The position numbers and the translations under genes were made by a program. The notes below the pieces were generated by a model that did no database searches, was not told where the DNA came from, and saw only the letters and a program-made list of their open reading frames with translations. Shown here piece by piece: positions 45,972-57,355 of a stretch of 64,000 nucleotides of DNA (its first letter is position 1; each line of letters begins with the position of its first letter). Origin of the DNA: Escherichia coli (lineage in GTDB: Bacteria > Pseudomonadota > Gammaproteobacteria > Enterobacterales > Enterobacteriaceae); NCBI RefSeq assembly GCF_050320075.1, contig NZ_CP190021.1. The stretch is one strand, 5' to 3'.

Positions 45972-47908
45972 GTGCCAATCCGGTACCTGGGGCGCTCCTA
46001 AAATTCAATTCACAACGCAGACCTACAACATAGCTAAAAACACTCGTAATTTAAGGCTCGGGGTCCATGCATATTGCTCATGGACTTACCTGAATGGCTC
46101 ACCCTTTGGTGGTTTTCAACAGGTATATTCCGACCAAAACAACGTTTGGTATGTGAGTAATTATGCTTGGGGAAATTATGAGTCTGGTGGGACCATATCA
46201 GTCACATGCCTCAATCTTCCTGGTGCTGGAGCTTAATTAAAGGGGCAACAGTAGGCATCGACATGTTCCTCATCAACACCATCACCAATACCGTACATGC
46301 GTGTTCCAGTCATAATGTATCCAGTCGGACATTGAATCGGCTTGTAATAGATCGAACCACCACTCTTACCGCCGATAAAGTGATTCATTGCTACGGATGA
46401 TTTGTACCAATTACATGCTGAGTAATTAATTTTATTACCCCCTGACCACCGACCGGATTGGCACGTAGGCCAGTGCCAATCCGGTACTTGGCGTAAAAGC
46501 AATTCTGGTAGTACGGTGATAACTGGTCGTATAGCAAATGGTCAGCAAATACCGCTGCCAACAGGATTTTCTGCCAGTCAGTGCTCATGGAGTGTGAGCA
46601 ATGCAGAAAACCCTCAAGGTTGGAAGCCGAATTACTTTGCAGGATCAGTTGCAACTTATGATGCAAATCGAATTGTTAAATGTGGTTTTTATGATGAATA
46701 CAATTTCCATAAAGGGACATTTAGAGCTGATTTAACCGGAAAATGTAGTTATGTCGTCGCGTGTCAGAACTGAGATTAAATTGCTGGCGCTGCTGGCCTA
46801 CGTGCCAATCCGGTACCTGGAGAAAGGTAGGATCTGGTGAGCTTCAAATTGCTACAGCACAGGCCACAGGTTGGCGCTTTCCTGGAGCAACAGCTACTTG
46901 TCCAACTGGAAAACGTGTTACAGGTGGCGGCGGAATATGCACCTCACGAACTGGTTACATATGGCTTACCAGGTCATTCCCATCAGCCAATAACTCATGG
47001 TCGGCTGCGTGCGATACAACCGAAGATCAGAATGGTTCAATAACTGTATATGCCATTTGCCAATAAGCTATTTCAAGCAAGTAATCTTCATAAAGTAGGA
47101 CGAATACTGTGTGTAGTTTTTGGCTTGCCAAGTCATCTCGCCGTTAGAGTCAGGCATGTCAATAGGAACGACTTCTGTTTCTGCCATTTCACGCCCGTCA
47201 ATACGATAGGTGTTAATACACAGTTTAAACCTCCCTAAGACCTGTGTGTTTTTGGGATATAACGTAAATGTTTTTATATTCGTCCATATCGACGCTGATG
47301 ATGATTTCCAGGTACCGGATTGGCACGTAGGCCAGTGCCAATCCGGTACGTGGAAGACTTCTGGTTCGCTCAATGGTTCTTACACAAACTTAGGTTCACA
47401 TAGAGGTTCATTCTCAGGGCGGAATTCAGGGGGCAGTACATTGTTTATTTATGCATCTGGAGGTAATGGAGGATCTGCCGGAGGTGCATGTGCAAATACA
47501 TCCCGACTGCAGGGATATGTTGGTGGGACGCTAATTAGCGTGAATGCCAGCAATAACCCTGCATATGGAAAAACAGCCTTTATCAGCTTTGCTGTACCTG
47601 CAGGTACTTCCTATCAGATAACATCCTATCCAACAGAAAATACATCATGTGGTGCCGGGGTATTTTCAGTATTTGGATATCAAACTTAATTGAGCGTTAC
47701 ACACGACGCAATACAACCTGTCTTATGCTCGTATTTGTACCATTTGCGTGAACCTGCTGGGCTCTCAACTACCTGGCAGTAGTGGGCATCCTCTGCGTTG
47801 CCCATTCTGGCAATGGCACAGAAGTCGAATTGCCCCAGATAACCTGTGGTGGAAAGCTGAGTAACTTTGAGTTTTCCACCTATTGTCCCCCACGTACCGG
47901 ATTGGCAC
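45972..47908. mobile_element. shufflon: multiple-inversion cluster with seven 19-bp sfx repeats and seven alternative pilV 3' exons
   Basis: sfx core is GTGCCAATCCGGTNNNTGG. Plus-orientation copies are at 45972-45990, 46473-46491, 46802-46820 and 47335-47353. Minus-orientation copies are at 46446-46464, 47308-47326 and 47890-47908. Each sfx encodes C-Q-S-G-T-W (one copy C-Q-S-G-R-W) and opens into a different ORF tail (+45972-46236, -46233-46464, +46473-46773, +46802-47066, -47068-47326, +47335-47689, -47686-47908). Confidence 0.92.
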
Positions 47909-48990
47909 GAAAGTATTGCCCCTGTATTATCGCGGCCTACAAGGCCGTTAGGCGAACATGATGCGCCAGCAACGGCAGTTCTTTCCAGTTGTAAGTATTC
48001 ACCAGTATAAAGGCGACCATCAGCCCGAACAGTACCGCCTTTCACCTGACCGCCGGTATAGATGCCCTTGTTGTTTACACTTCGAACCCATGATCCATCG
48101 GACATATAAAATCCGCCACCGTGAGTTTCATTGAGCCAGCCTTTACTGTTACGAGTAATTAACCAACCATTATTACTTCTGATATCACCGCCAGCGGTGA
48201 CATTTACGTCAAAGTTTCCGCTATTGCCTTTTACCTGACCGCTGAAAGTGCCATTTACACCATTCACATTGCCGCTGAAATTACCTGTCTGGGCATTTAC
48301 TGCCCCAACGTTATTCAGGTTATTTGATCCCATATCAATGGCCGTGTGCATTTTGTTTAAGTCAGGGCGACCATTGACCTGGAATCTGTAAAGACGATCA
48401 GTGTCCTCAGCTGCACCACTAAGTTCATCTGTCGATAACAATACGGCAATATGCCCGTTACCGCTTTTGGCACCATAATTACTTAAAGCTACTGACCAGG
48501 AACGTAATGCACCTGTGGCTGTTTTGCCGTCCTGGATATATCCACCAAGACCAGTGGTAATATCCTTAGCCATCTGGATAAGTGCTTTCACTGGATAAGG
48601 TGTGCCACCACTGGATACAACCATTGCCTGTAGTAATTCCGGGTTTTGGGCGTTTCGAACCACATATGCCTGTAACCGCTGCCCCTCGCTGTTTGTCTCA
48701 GTAAACCCGCTGGACAAAAAGCCGGTATTTTTCAGCATGGTTGTCGTGATAACGGCAGGAGTTGTTGTGGTACTACTGCCCTGGAGAGTCGTGTAGTTTT
48801 TCCCTATATAAGAGCGGGCCGCACTGGTCCAGTTGCTGACAAGACGTGCTTCAGTTTGCCATCCTTTTGTTTGAATATAGTCCTGCCATATGCCCGCTCC
48901 CCAGGCAATCAGGAGCATAACAATCAGTAAAGCCGCGCCAGTTTCCAGCGATGCCCAGCCTCGGTCATATTTTTTCATCAGATTACCCAT
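47686..48990 (-). CDS. pilV: PilV thin-pilus tip adhesin (type IV prepilin-like), current shufflon isoform
   Basis: Prepilin leader is ..[13 protein letters not shown]. The constant region ends at the sfx at 47890-47908 (ILSCQSGTW) and is currently fused to the 47686-47889 segment. The start is either 48990 or 48978. Confidence 0.9.
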   Translation of the reverse strand: MGNLMKKYDRGWASLETGAALLIVMLLIAWGAGIWQDYIQTKGWQTEARLVSNWTSAARSYIGKNYTTLQGSSTTTTPAVITTTMLKNTGFLSSGFTETNSEGQRLQAYVVRNAQNPELLQAMVVSSGGTPYPVKALIQMAKDITTGLGGYIQDGKTATGALRSWSVALSNYGAKSGNGHIAVLLSTDELSGAAEDTDRLYRFQVNGRPDLNKMHTAIDMGSNNLNNVGAVNAQTGNFSGNVNGVNGTFSGQVKGNSGNFDVNVTAGGDIRSNNGWLITRNSKGWLNETHGGGFYMSDGSWVRSVNNKGIYTGGQVKGGTVRADGRLYTGEYLQLERTAVAGASCSPNGLVGRDNTGAILSCQSGTWGTIGGKLKVTQLSTTGYLGQFDFCAIARMGNAEDAHYCQVVESPAGSRKWYKYEHKTGCIASCVTLN

Positions 48991-49661
48991 AGTGGTTGAT
49001 AAAGATTATCCAGCAGCAAAAGGACATGGCCAAAACATAGCCATGGACCCAGAGGGCCTTCTTTATGCCCTTTTATGCACCATGTTGAATGCCATAAGAC
49101 AAATCCTCCTGTGCCCAGCAACACACACCATATGGCGTTATATAACCCTGACCATGCGGTAATACCTGCAATAAGCCACAGGTCTCCAGTGCCAATATTA
49201 AGACGATGGCGGTTAACTAATTTATGAAGGCAGAATAAGACAATTGCAGCAGTGGCAAATTCTGTTGTACGGAACCACCATATATCAGTCGTGATTTGTG
49301 ATAGCATTCCTGCAATTAAAAAACGTCGGGTGAATGTTCCTGGTAATAAACCTGTCAGTGCATCCGTTACCGCCATTTGCAGTATGAACGAAAGAATAAG
49401 GACAGCATGAATACGGTAGAGCAGTGGTGATGATGATAAAATAATTAACGCCACAGCTATACTGTATAGCCATATTCCTGACAGAACAGCAGGGTGTGTC
49501 TTATACCAGAGATGTCCCGTATCAGATAAAAAATAACGAACTCTGAATAGCAGAGTTCGTCCAATAATGGAAAATGTGAACATCAATGGCAGTATATAAA
49601 CAGGGGATAGACTTATGCCTACGATTGTCTGCATTGCCTGCCTCCCTGTCCGGGAAGACAT
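48978..49661 (-). CDS. pilU: PilU prepilin peptidase
   Basis: Polytopic membrane protein in the position after pilT. The true start is possibly the internal MQTIVG. Confidence 0.85.
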   Translation of the reverse strand: MSSRTGRQAMQTIVGISLSPVYILPLMFTFSIIGRTLLFRVRYFLSDTGHLWYKTHPAVLSGIWLYSIAVALIILSSSPLLYRIHAVLILSFILQMAVTDALTGLLPGTFTRRFLIAGMLSQITTDIWWFRTTEFATAAIVLFCLHKLVNRHRLNIGTGDLWLIAGITAWSGLYNAIWCVLLGTGGFVLWHSTWCIKGHKEGPLGPWLCFGHVLLLLDNLYQPLWVI

Positions 49662-50179
49662 ATCCCTTTCATGTCACGATAAATTCTCCATATTTTATTG
49701 GCATATTGCTCTCTTGTTTCATGTCTGTCCTTACGGAATCCGGCATTGTATGACCCAAGGCAATTCCAGCTGACGCCACATATCTGAAAATGTCTTGCCA
49801 GTATCCAGCTTCCTATATGGATATTAAGGCATGGTTTGGTAATTAAATCCTCAGACTTTTTTATTACGCCCATATTTATCAGCTTTGGAATATGGGTTGA
49901 GTTTATTTGCATCAACCCATAATCCGTGCTACTGGCTTTACCTGTTTTTTTGTCCTTATTTATATTAATTGCGCCCGGCCTCAACGAAGATTCCCCGGCA
50001 GAAATAGCCTTCAATAATAATGGTTCAATTTGATAGCGCGCGCCGGCAGCGGCAAAGCAATTGTCCCACTTGTTGGTCCAGATCTGTTTGGGAGCTACGT
50101 ATGAAGCTCGGGCGGGTGGAATAAGAGAAAAAAGCAGGATTAATGAAATAAGTCTGAGGGGTACTGTACCCCCTGACAT
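49619..50179 (-). CDS. pilT: PilT (IncI1) lytic transglycosylase
   Basis: SLT-domain motifs AISAGESSLRP and YGLMQIN. Confidence 0.88.
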   Translation of the reverse strand: MSGGTVPLRLISLILLFSLIPPARASYVAPKQIWTNKWDNCFAAAGARYQIEPLLLKAISAGESSLRPGAININKDKKTGKASSTDYGLMQINSTHIPKLINMGVIKKSEDLITKPCLNIHIGSWILARHFQICGVSWNCLGSYNAGFRKDRHETREQYANKIWRIYRDMKGICLPGQGGRQCRQS

Positions 50180-50188
50180 TAAAACTCC

Positions 50189-50803
50189 TTAACCATTGAT
50201 GGTGAAGATAAGTTTGTTTGTACCAGTGCTGCCATTATCTGCCTTGCATTGCGTACTGGCTTCTTCAGTAGTGACTTTTCCATCACTGTGAGCAGTACTG
50301 TTCAGGGTAATGCCGTTAGTTAAACCAGTTTTACTGATTCGTGTGGCAATCTGGATACAGGCATCCTGTGGGACTTTATCATAGGTAACGGTAAAACCGT
50401 TGTTGAACCCTGATGTTGAAGCCGGGGCAACAGTTACAGCACCGCCCCATGCGTTATAGAGCGTTGCTGTACCAGATGTTTTGTCGCCCTGTACGGTCAT
50501 CCCAGAGGGAATGACACCCATCTGAATGAGGGCACCTGTCATTTTGGCACTGCTGGTAAATGTATATCCATCGCTACCTTTTAGCAGGCTCTGGGCACTT
50601 GTGATAATTGTTTGTATATTTGCGGTTTCAGTTGCCACATTGGCTCTTGTACGCAACGCATACAAACTACCCAGAACAACGACTATAACAAAAAGAACAA
50701 CGAGCGCTATTGTTCCCTGCTCCAAAATTGCCCATCCTTTATCATGAGGCTCATTCTTCTTATTATTTCCAGTTAAAGTGGTATTAATATTTTCTACTAA
50801 CAT
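50189..50803 (-). CDS. pilS: PilS type IV prepilin (major thin-pilus subunit)
   Basis: Long leader followed by KG/WAILEQGTIALVVLFVIVVV. Confidence 0.9.
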   Translation of the reverse strand: MLVENINTTLTGNNKKNEPHDKGWAILEQGTIALVVLFVIVVVLGSLYALRTRANVATETANIQTIITSAQSLLKGSDGYTFTSSAKMTGALIQMGVIPSGMTVQGDKTSGTATLYNAWGGAVTVAPASTSGFNNGFTVTYDKVPQDACIQIATRISKTGLTNGITLNSTAHSDGKVTTEEASTQCKADNGSTGTNKLIFTING

Positions 50804-50820
50804 AAATATCCTCGTTTTGT

Positions 50821-51918
50821 TTAAAAGTTACCCATGCTGTTGTCACTAATAGACTGAATATCCATAATGGCAAAAACCAGTAACATGAGAGACATGACAA
50901 GAAATATCAGCATAATTAAACGAATCACGTTTGCCCGTTTCTTTACACGTTGAAGTGTTTGACTAAGCCATCGTTGACCATAATTGCTGATTAGCTCTGT
51001 TGCGCCATCTCCCTGTAATAAAGACAGGAAGTTGGCTGCTTCCCTGGATGGGAACTGATAACCGCACTGACGCAAAGCCAGTCCAAGATGATCCCCCTGG
51101 CGGACGCGGTAAATAATGCTGTCAAGACGTGTGCTTAACCATGGTGATGCAAACTCCTGAAGAATGTTTAGCGAGTTGAGCGTCGTCATTTTGGCTTTCA
51201 GAAGTGCAGCCATATTCAGGAGAAATGTTGCTCCCTGTATATCCTGATAAATACTCCATGGCATTATCTTGTCGGCAAAAGTACGAACACTGTCAGGGCT
51301 TTTCCAGTTTGGAAGAGACCATGATATTAAACCTGTGATCACTGCAAAAAGAACGGCACATATAGCGCCGTAATTATCGACAAAAACAGATAATCCATAA
51401 AGAAAACCAAGAGCACCACTCCATGAATCGGGGGAGCTTATTTTGCTCAGTTCAGGTATTAGCTCTGTATTCAGAACATATAATGTCCCCGTCATCATGA
51501 TTAACAATCCCACCGGATAAATAGCCATTTGCCATATAGCCTGATGGATTTGTTCTTTTGCATCTGTAAGAGTGGTGGCGAATTGCAGTGCATCCACAAT
51601 TGAACCACTTCTTATCCCGGCGCTGATTACTGCGGCCTCTTCCTGAGGAACCCATAAACTAAGAGTATATTCCAGAGAGTTTTCGCCACTGTTTTCACGA
51701 AGAGACTCAATGCAGTCTGTGGCCAGTTCAGCAAAGGGATGCCATTTTCGTCCAAAGTCTGTCCAGGCATCCCGCATCTGTTCCAGTGCGGTCTTTAATG
51801 GCTGTTTATTTTCCAGCAGAAAACGCAGGGCTTCGTAAAACTGCACCCTGTAGGGGGCGCTGAACGTTTTTCTGACAATGAAACGCCTCAGCCGTTGACT
51901 GAAATTCATTTCACGCAT
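50821..51918 (-). CDS. pilR: PilR (PilC/GspF-family platform protein)
   Basis: 365 aa polytopic membrane protein. Confidence 0.88.
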   Translation of the reverse strand: MREMNFSQRLRRFIVRKTFSAPYRVQFYEALRFLLENKQPLKTALEQMRDAWTDFGRKWHPFAELATDCIESLRENSGENSLEYTLSLWVPQEEAAVISAGIRSGSIVDALQFATTLTDAKEQIHQAIWQMAIYPVGLLIMMTGTLYVLNTELIPELSKISSPDSWSGALGFLYGLSVFVDNYGAICAVLFAVITGLISWSLPNWKSPDSVRTFADKIMPWSIYQDIQGATFLLNMAALLKAKMTTLNSLNILQEFASPWLSTRLDSIIYRVRQGDHLGLALRQCGYQFPSREAANFLSLLQGDGATELISNYGQRWLSQTLQRVKKRANVIRLIMLIFLVMSLMLLVFAIMDIQSISDNSMGNF

Positions 51919-51930
51919 GTTGTTCTCCTG

Positions 51931-53484
51931 TTAGACATCATCGATGCTGAGGCGCTCGTCTTCGTCCAGAGGGATGATTCTGTCGGCTTCAAGAGGGTCT
52001 ACCAGACCTTCATTGATACGGCGAAGAAGATGCTCTACACGACTGATGCCTTTCATGTTTTCCAGCCAGTATTTACGTGCTGCAACTTTGCCGCGTGTTT
52101 TCAGAATCTGAAATAAGCGGTTATCAGGTTCTATCACCTCAGCAATTACAGTCCTGCCGGTGAGGCCTTTACCTATTTCACCGCGCTTTCTGCCGTTAAT
52201 GATTACGTCGTGATTACATTCAGAGCATCCGTGATGATTTCGGAACCAGATATTATCTGTACTGCAGAGTGAATCTTTATTGCAGTGCCGCTCAAGGTAA
52301 TCACGCTCGTCGTCGCTAAGTTCAGGTGCTCGCTTTTCCCATGGAATACGGCAGGAGGGACACAGAGTTGGTACAAGGCGCTGGCTGATCATCCCAATCA
52401 GTAATTGCGCATCGCAAATAAGATCGGCATTCATACCCATCGTAATCATTCGCTCCGGTATACCCAGAGCTGAGTTTGTATGTAATGTCGTCAGAACTAT
52501 GTGCCCGGTCTGTGCCGCGTAGGTGGTTGACATCATCGAGATAAGATCGCGCATTTCCCCTTCCATGATGGCATCAGGGTCAAGTCGCATTGCCGATGAA
52601 ATAGCCCGACTCCATGCCAGTTTGACGGCATCTTCGTCGGATTTGTCGCAGATAATCGGAGTCTGTGTTGCTCCCAGTATCTGTCCTTCCAGCGGATCTT
52701 CGATTGTTAGCAGGTGTCGCCCCTGATTATCGTCAAGATATACACGGCAGGCGCTGCGTAACGTTGTCGATTTACCGGAACCGGTTGGACCTGACAGGAC
52801 TATTTTTCCTTCCGGGCGGCGCAGCATTATGTTCAGCAACCGGATTTGTTCCGGGATAAAGCCCAGTTGTTTAAACGTGGGAACTTTATCTCCGTCATCG
52901 GGTATCAGGCGCATAACTGCAATCAGACCGTCTCCCGTAGGTCTGTGACTGTAGCGTGCACCAAATATTCCTATTTTTCGCATTAATTGTGGGGACAGGC
53001 GCGCATCCTGCTCCCTTTGAGGGAAGAAACTGGTTTCAGTGACATCAGCCATTGACAGAATGGCTGTTGCGCAAAGTGAATAGCCCAGTGCTGGTTGATC
53101 TTCATCTACAGTCTGCAGTTCACCGAATATTCTCATGCGAACTTTGAAAATAGACTCTGAAATTAAGAAATGAATATCTGAAGCACCAAGTTTTCTGGCA
53201 GTTTCAAAATAAGATAGAACTTTCTTCTCACTTTCACTGACATCAGCAAGGTCTTTCAGATGAATAATTCGTTCTTTCGGGCCTCTGTTTTTCTCATCCT
53301 GACCTGCCTCCTGTAACTCCGACAACGAGACTACTTTTGGGTTGATATCCGGATATAATTTTAGCAGCTCCTGGAGATTACTTTGTACGTCAGGCCTTGT
53401 CCGCTGGTTTGTTTCTATAAGAATTTCATGGGTGTCTCCCCTGGATATAAAAAGGAGAGCATCCTTCAGATTATATTTATCCAT
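51931..53484 (-). CDS. pilQ: PilQ (IncI1) GspE/PilB-family assembly ATPase
   Basis: Walker A motif GPTGSGKST and a tetracysteine motif CPSC...CSEC. Confidence 0.92.
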   Translation of the reverse strand: MDKYNLKDALLFISRGDTHEILIETNQRTRPDVQSNLQELLKLYPDINPKVVSLSELQEAGQDEKNRGPKERIIHLKDLADVSESEKKVLSYFETARKLGASDIHFLISESIFKVRMRIFGELQTVDEDQPALGYSLCATAILSMADVTETSFFPQREQDARLSPQLMRKIGIFGARYSHRPTGDGLIAVMRLIPDDGDKVPTFKQLGFIPEQIRLLNIMLRRPEGKIVLSGPTGSGKSTTLRSACRVYLDDNQGRHLLTIEDPLEGQILGATQTPIICDKSDEDAVKLAWSRAISSAMRLDPDAIMEGEMRDLISMMSTTYAAQTGHIVLTTLHTNSALGIPERMITMGMNADLICDAQLLIGMISQRLVPTLCPSCRIPWEKRAPELSDDERDYLERHCNKDSLCSTDNIWFRNHHGCSECNHDVIINGRKRGEIGKGLTGRTVIAEVIEPDNRLFQILKTRGKVAARKYWLENMKGISRVEHLLRRINEGLVDPLEADRIIPLDEDERLSIDDV

Positions 53485-53494
53485 ATCACGTTAC

Positions 53495-53947
53495 TCAGAA
53501 AGTAAGGGTGGTGCCATCACTTAACGTGACGCCAGACAATGAGATCGACTTCACTGTGACGGATGTGCCTGGAAGCTGGCTGCCAGTGGTGACGCTTGTC
53601 TGACGTCCATCAGCCATGCGAAGAACGGCATTAAGACGTTTATCTTTGCCGTTTATTTCCATAATAACGGGCAATTCCTTTCTGTTTTTAGATGTCGGCT
53701 GCTCTGAAACTGATGGCAAAGAGGCAGTCACACCAGAGAAACCTGAAACAGTTTCAGATGATGAAGTAACATCTGATTCTTCGAGTTGTTTCTGTAGCTG
53801 TGCGCCCTGAACTTTTGCCTGTAAAAGAATATTCCGGTTTTGTTGTGCTTCAAGTTCTCCTATTGTGACAAGAGGTTGTGTTGTTGCAAATGAAAAACCG
53901 GAGAAGAAAAATATGGATGGAATAATGAGTAATTTACCTGGACGCAT
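53495..53947 (-). CDS. pilP: PilP
   Basis: 150 aa with a signal peptide. Confidence 0.8.
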   Translation of the reverse strand: MRPGKLLIIPSIFFFSGFSFATTQPLVTIGELEAQQNRNILLQAKVQGAQLQKQLEESDVTSSSETVSGFSGVTASLPSVSEQPTSKNRKELPVIMEINGKDKRLNAVLRMADGRQTSVTTGSQLPGTSVTVKSISLSGVTLSDGTTLTF

Positions 53948-55229
53948 AAATATGACCTTCTGAGGAATAACTGAAAGTACCGCCGTTTAATTCAAAATGG
54001 ATATTGCTCAGACGAACGCCGGTATCCTGAAATAAAGGGAACAACTCATCAGGATTTACAGGCGTTGATAAACTGAACTGATATTCTTTCCATTTCTGAA
54101 CAGGGGCTGGTTCACCATCGTTACCTGGTAATGGTTCCGGTATGGCTATTTCATTAATGGCCGGCGTTAACTGTTTTTTCTGAAACCACGTGAACACCCG
54201 CATCAGTTGTTCTGAGGGGGTAGGGACTGCCTCATCCCTGCGGGGCAGGGAAGGCAGTGGCCGGGTTACAGAAGCCAGGCGTGCACCATCTTTAAGGTTA
54301 AAGTCAGGAATAACATTAAAGATTTCTTTGCTTCTTGCCAGAAAGCCTTCAATAGTTCCTCCTGGCTGTCGTTCGTAAATCAGTGTGAATGTCTCGGGAG
54401 TACATGTTCCACCGGTAAGTTTCCAGCCTTCTAGCGCGACCGGTGATGGTTTTCGAAGGTCCGCGCAGGCTTTCAGAAAATCACTGATTACAGGTTGTGA
54501 TGCCCATGGATGCGGGAGTTCTGGCGGTGGATCGGGCTTTTTAAACTGCAATCTTGCCCGTGCAGCTATCTCCTCGGGCGTCGGTACGACATCCGGCTCT
54601 GGCTGAGTCATCCAGAATACAGTGCCTGCGCTGGCTGCTACTAAAAAAAGTACGGCAGGCAGTGTGAATTTGCTGCGATTGCCGACAGTAAGTTTGCAAC
54701 GGCGGAGATCTGCTGATGATAACCGGGTAATAATACTTTCCCAGTTATCAGGATGTTCCAGAGGAGATACGACCTGCCATTTTTCGGGGGGCTCTTCGTT
54801 CATCGTCAGAAAAAGACTGACCTTTTGAGCAACATCAGCATCATTTCCTGACAGATCAGCCATAACGGCAGGCTGGCCATTAATGGAGGCAAGGAATAAA
54901 AGCTCCTTATCGCTGTACCGGAAGACGCCGTATCCATTTCTCACCCATGAGCAGAAAGCCAGAGCAAGGGAAAAATAATGATTGCGCTCCGGCCTGGCCA
55001 GTATTCCTGTGCCGGTAATGCGGCTGATCTTCCCACGGGAACTTCTGCTGCCTACAGTCACTTTCAGAGAGGTAAGCCGTCTGGATTTTACATGGGGCTT
55101 GTGTTTCTGATGAGAAGGGACTCGCTGTTTTTTTACGACAGGACTCCATTTAAGACAGGCTGCCCACACGCGATGATTTACTTTAGGATCTGCGAGAAGT
55201 ACAACCGGGTTGATATCTTCATCAGCCAT
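53934..55229 (-). CDS. pilO: PilO
   Basis: 431 aa. Called from gene order. Confidence 0.8.
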   Translation of the reverse strand: MADEDINPVVLLADPKVNHRVWAACLKWSPVVKKQRVPSHQKHKPHVKSRRLTSLKVTVGSRSSRGKISRITGTGILARPERNHYFSLALAFCSWVRNGYGVFRYSDKELLFLASINGQPAVMADLSGNDADVAQKVSLFLTMNEEPPEKWQVVSPLEHPDNWESIITRLSSADLRRCKLTVGNRSKFTLPAVLFLVAASAGTVFWMTQPEPDVVPTPEEIAARARLQFKKPDPPPELPHPWASQPVISDFLKACADLRKPSPVALEGWKLTGGTCTPETFTLIYERQPGGTIEGFLARSKEIFNVIPDFNLKDGARLASVTRPLPSLPRRDEAVPTPSEQLMRVFTWFQKKQLTPAINEIAIPEPLPGNDGEPAPVQKWKEYQFSLSTPVNPDELFPLFQDTGVRLSNIHFELNGGTFSYSSEGHIYASR

Positions 55230-56904
55230 TGTTGCCTCCTGACGGGAAAGTCGGGGTAATGATGATTACAAGCGTGCTGCGTTCATTTTTCCCGGTTTGT
55301 GAACCACCAAATAATGGATTTGCTGGCGTAAACGTACCGGCTTTACTTGTCGTCGTATTGTTCTGATCGAAACCAGTAACGACAAGTGATTGCCCTTCTT
55401 TCAGATTGACCTTCTGGCTCAGTGAACGCAGTTTGGTATACGGCATTTCGATGTAACTGTTTCCGTCTTTTGACGTAAAGCTACGGATTGTTGGGGGATC
55501 TGACAGATTAAAATTCATCTGCAACTGGAGATTGCCCGTTTTCTGAATTAAAGGCAGCAGGGTCATATTGAATCCGGTGGTGATCATGCCCGGCGTTAAT
55601 GTTGTTGTTGCTCCTACATCCGTAGTCGTTGTTGTTGCTGACTGGGCGACGTAAACCGTCTGATCTGCCATCTGGATAGGTACCGGCGTCAGGTTTGTGA
55701 CAGTGCTTTCTTGTGAAGTCACAACACTGACATCGCCCTGTTCACTCAGCGCTTTAATCAGAAGACTGGAACCGCTGAATTTGGCGGCATTCCCTGTTGC
55801 CGTATCCAGAATTGATACGCCTGCAGATGTAGCGCCTGTAAAATCTCCGCTTGCATTGTTCAACGTTGCTCCGGCGGAATGTAGCGATTTATAAACAAGG
55901 TTCCAGTCCAGACCGAACTGTTCGTTTCTGGTATTGCTGACGCTCAGAACCTGTACGTTCAGGGCTACCTGGCGGTTCATAATACTGTTTTGTTCGTCCA
56001 CATATCGTGCGACGGCTTCCTGGACAGCTGGAGTATCAGTGACAGTCAGCGTTGAGCTCGATGCAGATAACCAGTAACGGCCTTTTTCTGGTGTCAGCAT
56101 TGCTTCAATAGTTTTCCGGATGTCTTCATACAGATCGTATTCCTGACCAACGGTTGTGCTCTGAGAGGACGTTGCATCACCGGATGCTGAGTTATCCTGG
56201 CCTCCTGTTGCCCCCATTGTGCTTGTTGAGCCAGAGCTGACACTGGAACTGCTGCTGGTTTTGGTGTTCAGCATATGAAGTGGATACGTTCTGGTTTCAG
56301 TCAGATAGAATACAATCCGACCATTATCCATGCGCCAGTACAGACCACTCCGGCTGGCCATCAGATCCAGAAGACCATTGATATCTCCCTGCCACATGAG
56401 GTTATTCAGCGTTAATGGCTGAGTGGAGGTAGTCATTGTTGTGCTGCCCAGGCTGCTTAACGGTAGACGCCCATTTTCATCTGGTGCTGGTAGTGTTCCT
56501 GTCATCTGGCGGGTAGCGCCTCCTTCAAGAGTTGAATTGGCTGCGTCAGGCGTGATGATCACAGGGATGCCGCATACGGCAGTAATACGTTGCCCCAGTT
56601 CCTGCAGAGTGATCTCTCCTTTTCTTGCCTGCGTGATGTAGCAGGCCGGAGCTGTTTGTTTTTTCTCTCTTGATACCTGAGCGACCGGAACAGGGTTTAT
56701 CCATTGATTATCGAGCCAGGTAAGAGCCTGCGATTTACGGGCCGAAAGGGCTGATACCTTTTCCCGTGCATGTGCTGAGTCTTCCTGTGCTTTTTTCTGC
56801 ATTTTGTTGATTTCGCTGAAAGTACATCCGGAGATGGAAAGAGCGACGGCGATCATGCAGGGGAGCACCGCCAGCTTCATTGAACGCTGGTGTGATTTTT
56901 TCAT
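55222..56904 (-). CDS. pilN: PilN secretin lipoprotein
   Basis: 560 aa with lipobox LSISGC and a C-terminal secretin-like region. Confidence 0.88.
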   Translation of the reverse strand: MKKSHQRSMKLAVLPCMIAVALSISGCTFSEINKMQKKAQEDSAHAREKVSALSARKSQALTWLDNQWINPVPVAQVSREKKQTAPACYITQARKGEITLQELGQRITAVCGIPVIITPDAANSTLEGGATRQMTGTLPAPDENGRLPLSSLGSTTMTTSTQPLTLNNLMWQGDINGLLDLMASRSGLYWRMDNGRIVFYLTETRTYPLHMLNTKTSSSSSVSSGSTSTMGATGGQDNSASGDATSSQSTTVGQEYDLYEDIRKTIEAMLTPEKGRYWLSASSSTLTVTDTPAVQEAVARYVDEQNSIMNRQVALNVQVLSVSNTRNEQFGLDWNLVYKSLHSAGATLNNASGDFTGATSAGVSILDTATGNAAKFSGSSLLIKALSEQGDVSVVTSQESTVTNLTPVPIQMADQTVYVAQSATTTTTDVGATTTLTPGMITTGFNMTLLPLIQKTGNLQLQMNFNLSDPPTIRSFTSKDGNSYIEMPYTKLRSLSQKVNLKEGQSLVVTGFDQNNTTTSKAGTFTPANPLFGGSQTGKNERSTLVIIITPTFPSGGNNG

Positions 56905-56917
56905 GAATATATCCAGA

Positions 56918-57355
56918 TTAGTTAACGTAGACGACAGAACCAGCAGTAATGCCTGCCGGGGGTGTCAGACCGGTTGCAGTTCCTGATAGCCAGGTGAGTT
57001 GCCCGTTTTGGAAGATCCCTATTAGTGCAGAACCACGACTTTTTGAACGCAAAGTTTCAACAAGACCTGGTTGTTCAGGCATCCATACCCACAGACGCCC
57101 CTGTTGTAACTGATGTTTAATTCGGGAGTCCGGAGTGACAGGGAGAGCCAGTTTATCTGAGGAAATTACTCCGTCCTGCTGGCCTGATACGTATCTGATA
57201 TCATTGATTCTGTTAGCAATCATCAGTATCTGACTTGCCCATACAGACGCACTTGCATATTGCTGGGCGTTTGTGGTTTCAGACATCTTCTGATTCTGGT
57301 AGCTACCAGTGATAATCAGAATGGTCAGGCCGACGGCCATGACCAGCCATCCCAT
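56918..57355 (-). CDS. pilM: PilM
   Basis: 145 aa with an N-terminal TM segment. Confidence 0.8.
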   Translation of the reverse strand: MGWLVMAVGLTILIITGSYQNQKMSETTNAQQYASASVWASQILMIANRINDIRYVSGQQDGVISSDKLALPVTPDSRIKHQLQQGRLWVWMPEQPGLVETLRSKSRGSALIGIFQNGQLTWLSGTATGLTPPAGITAGSVVYVN

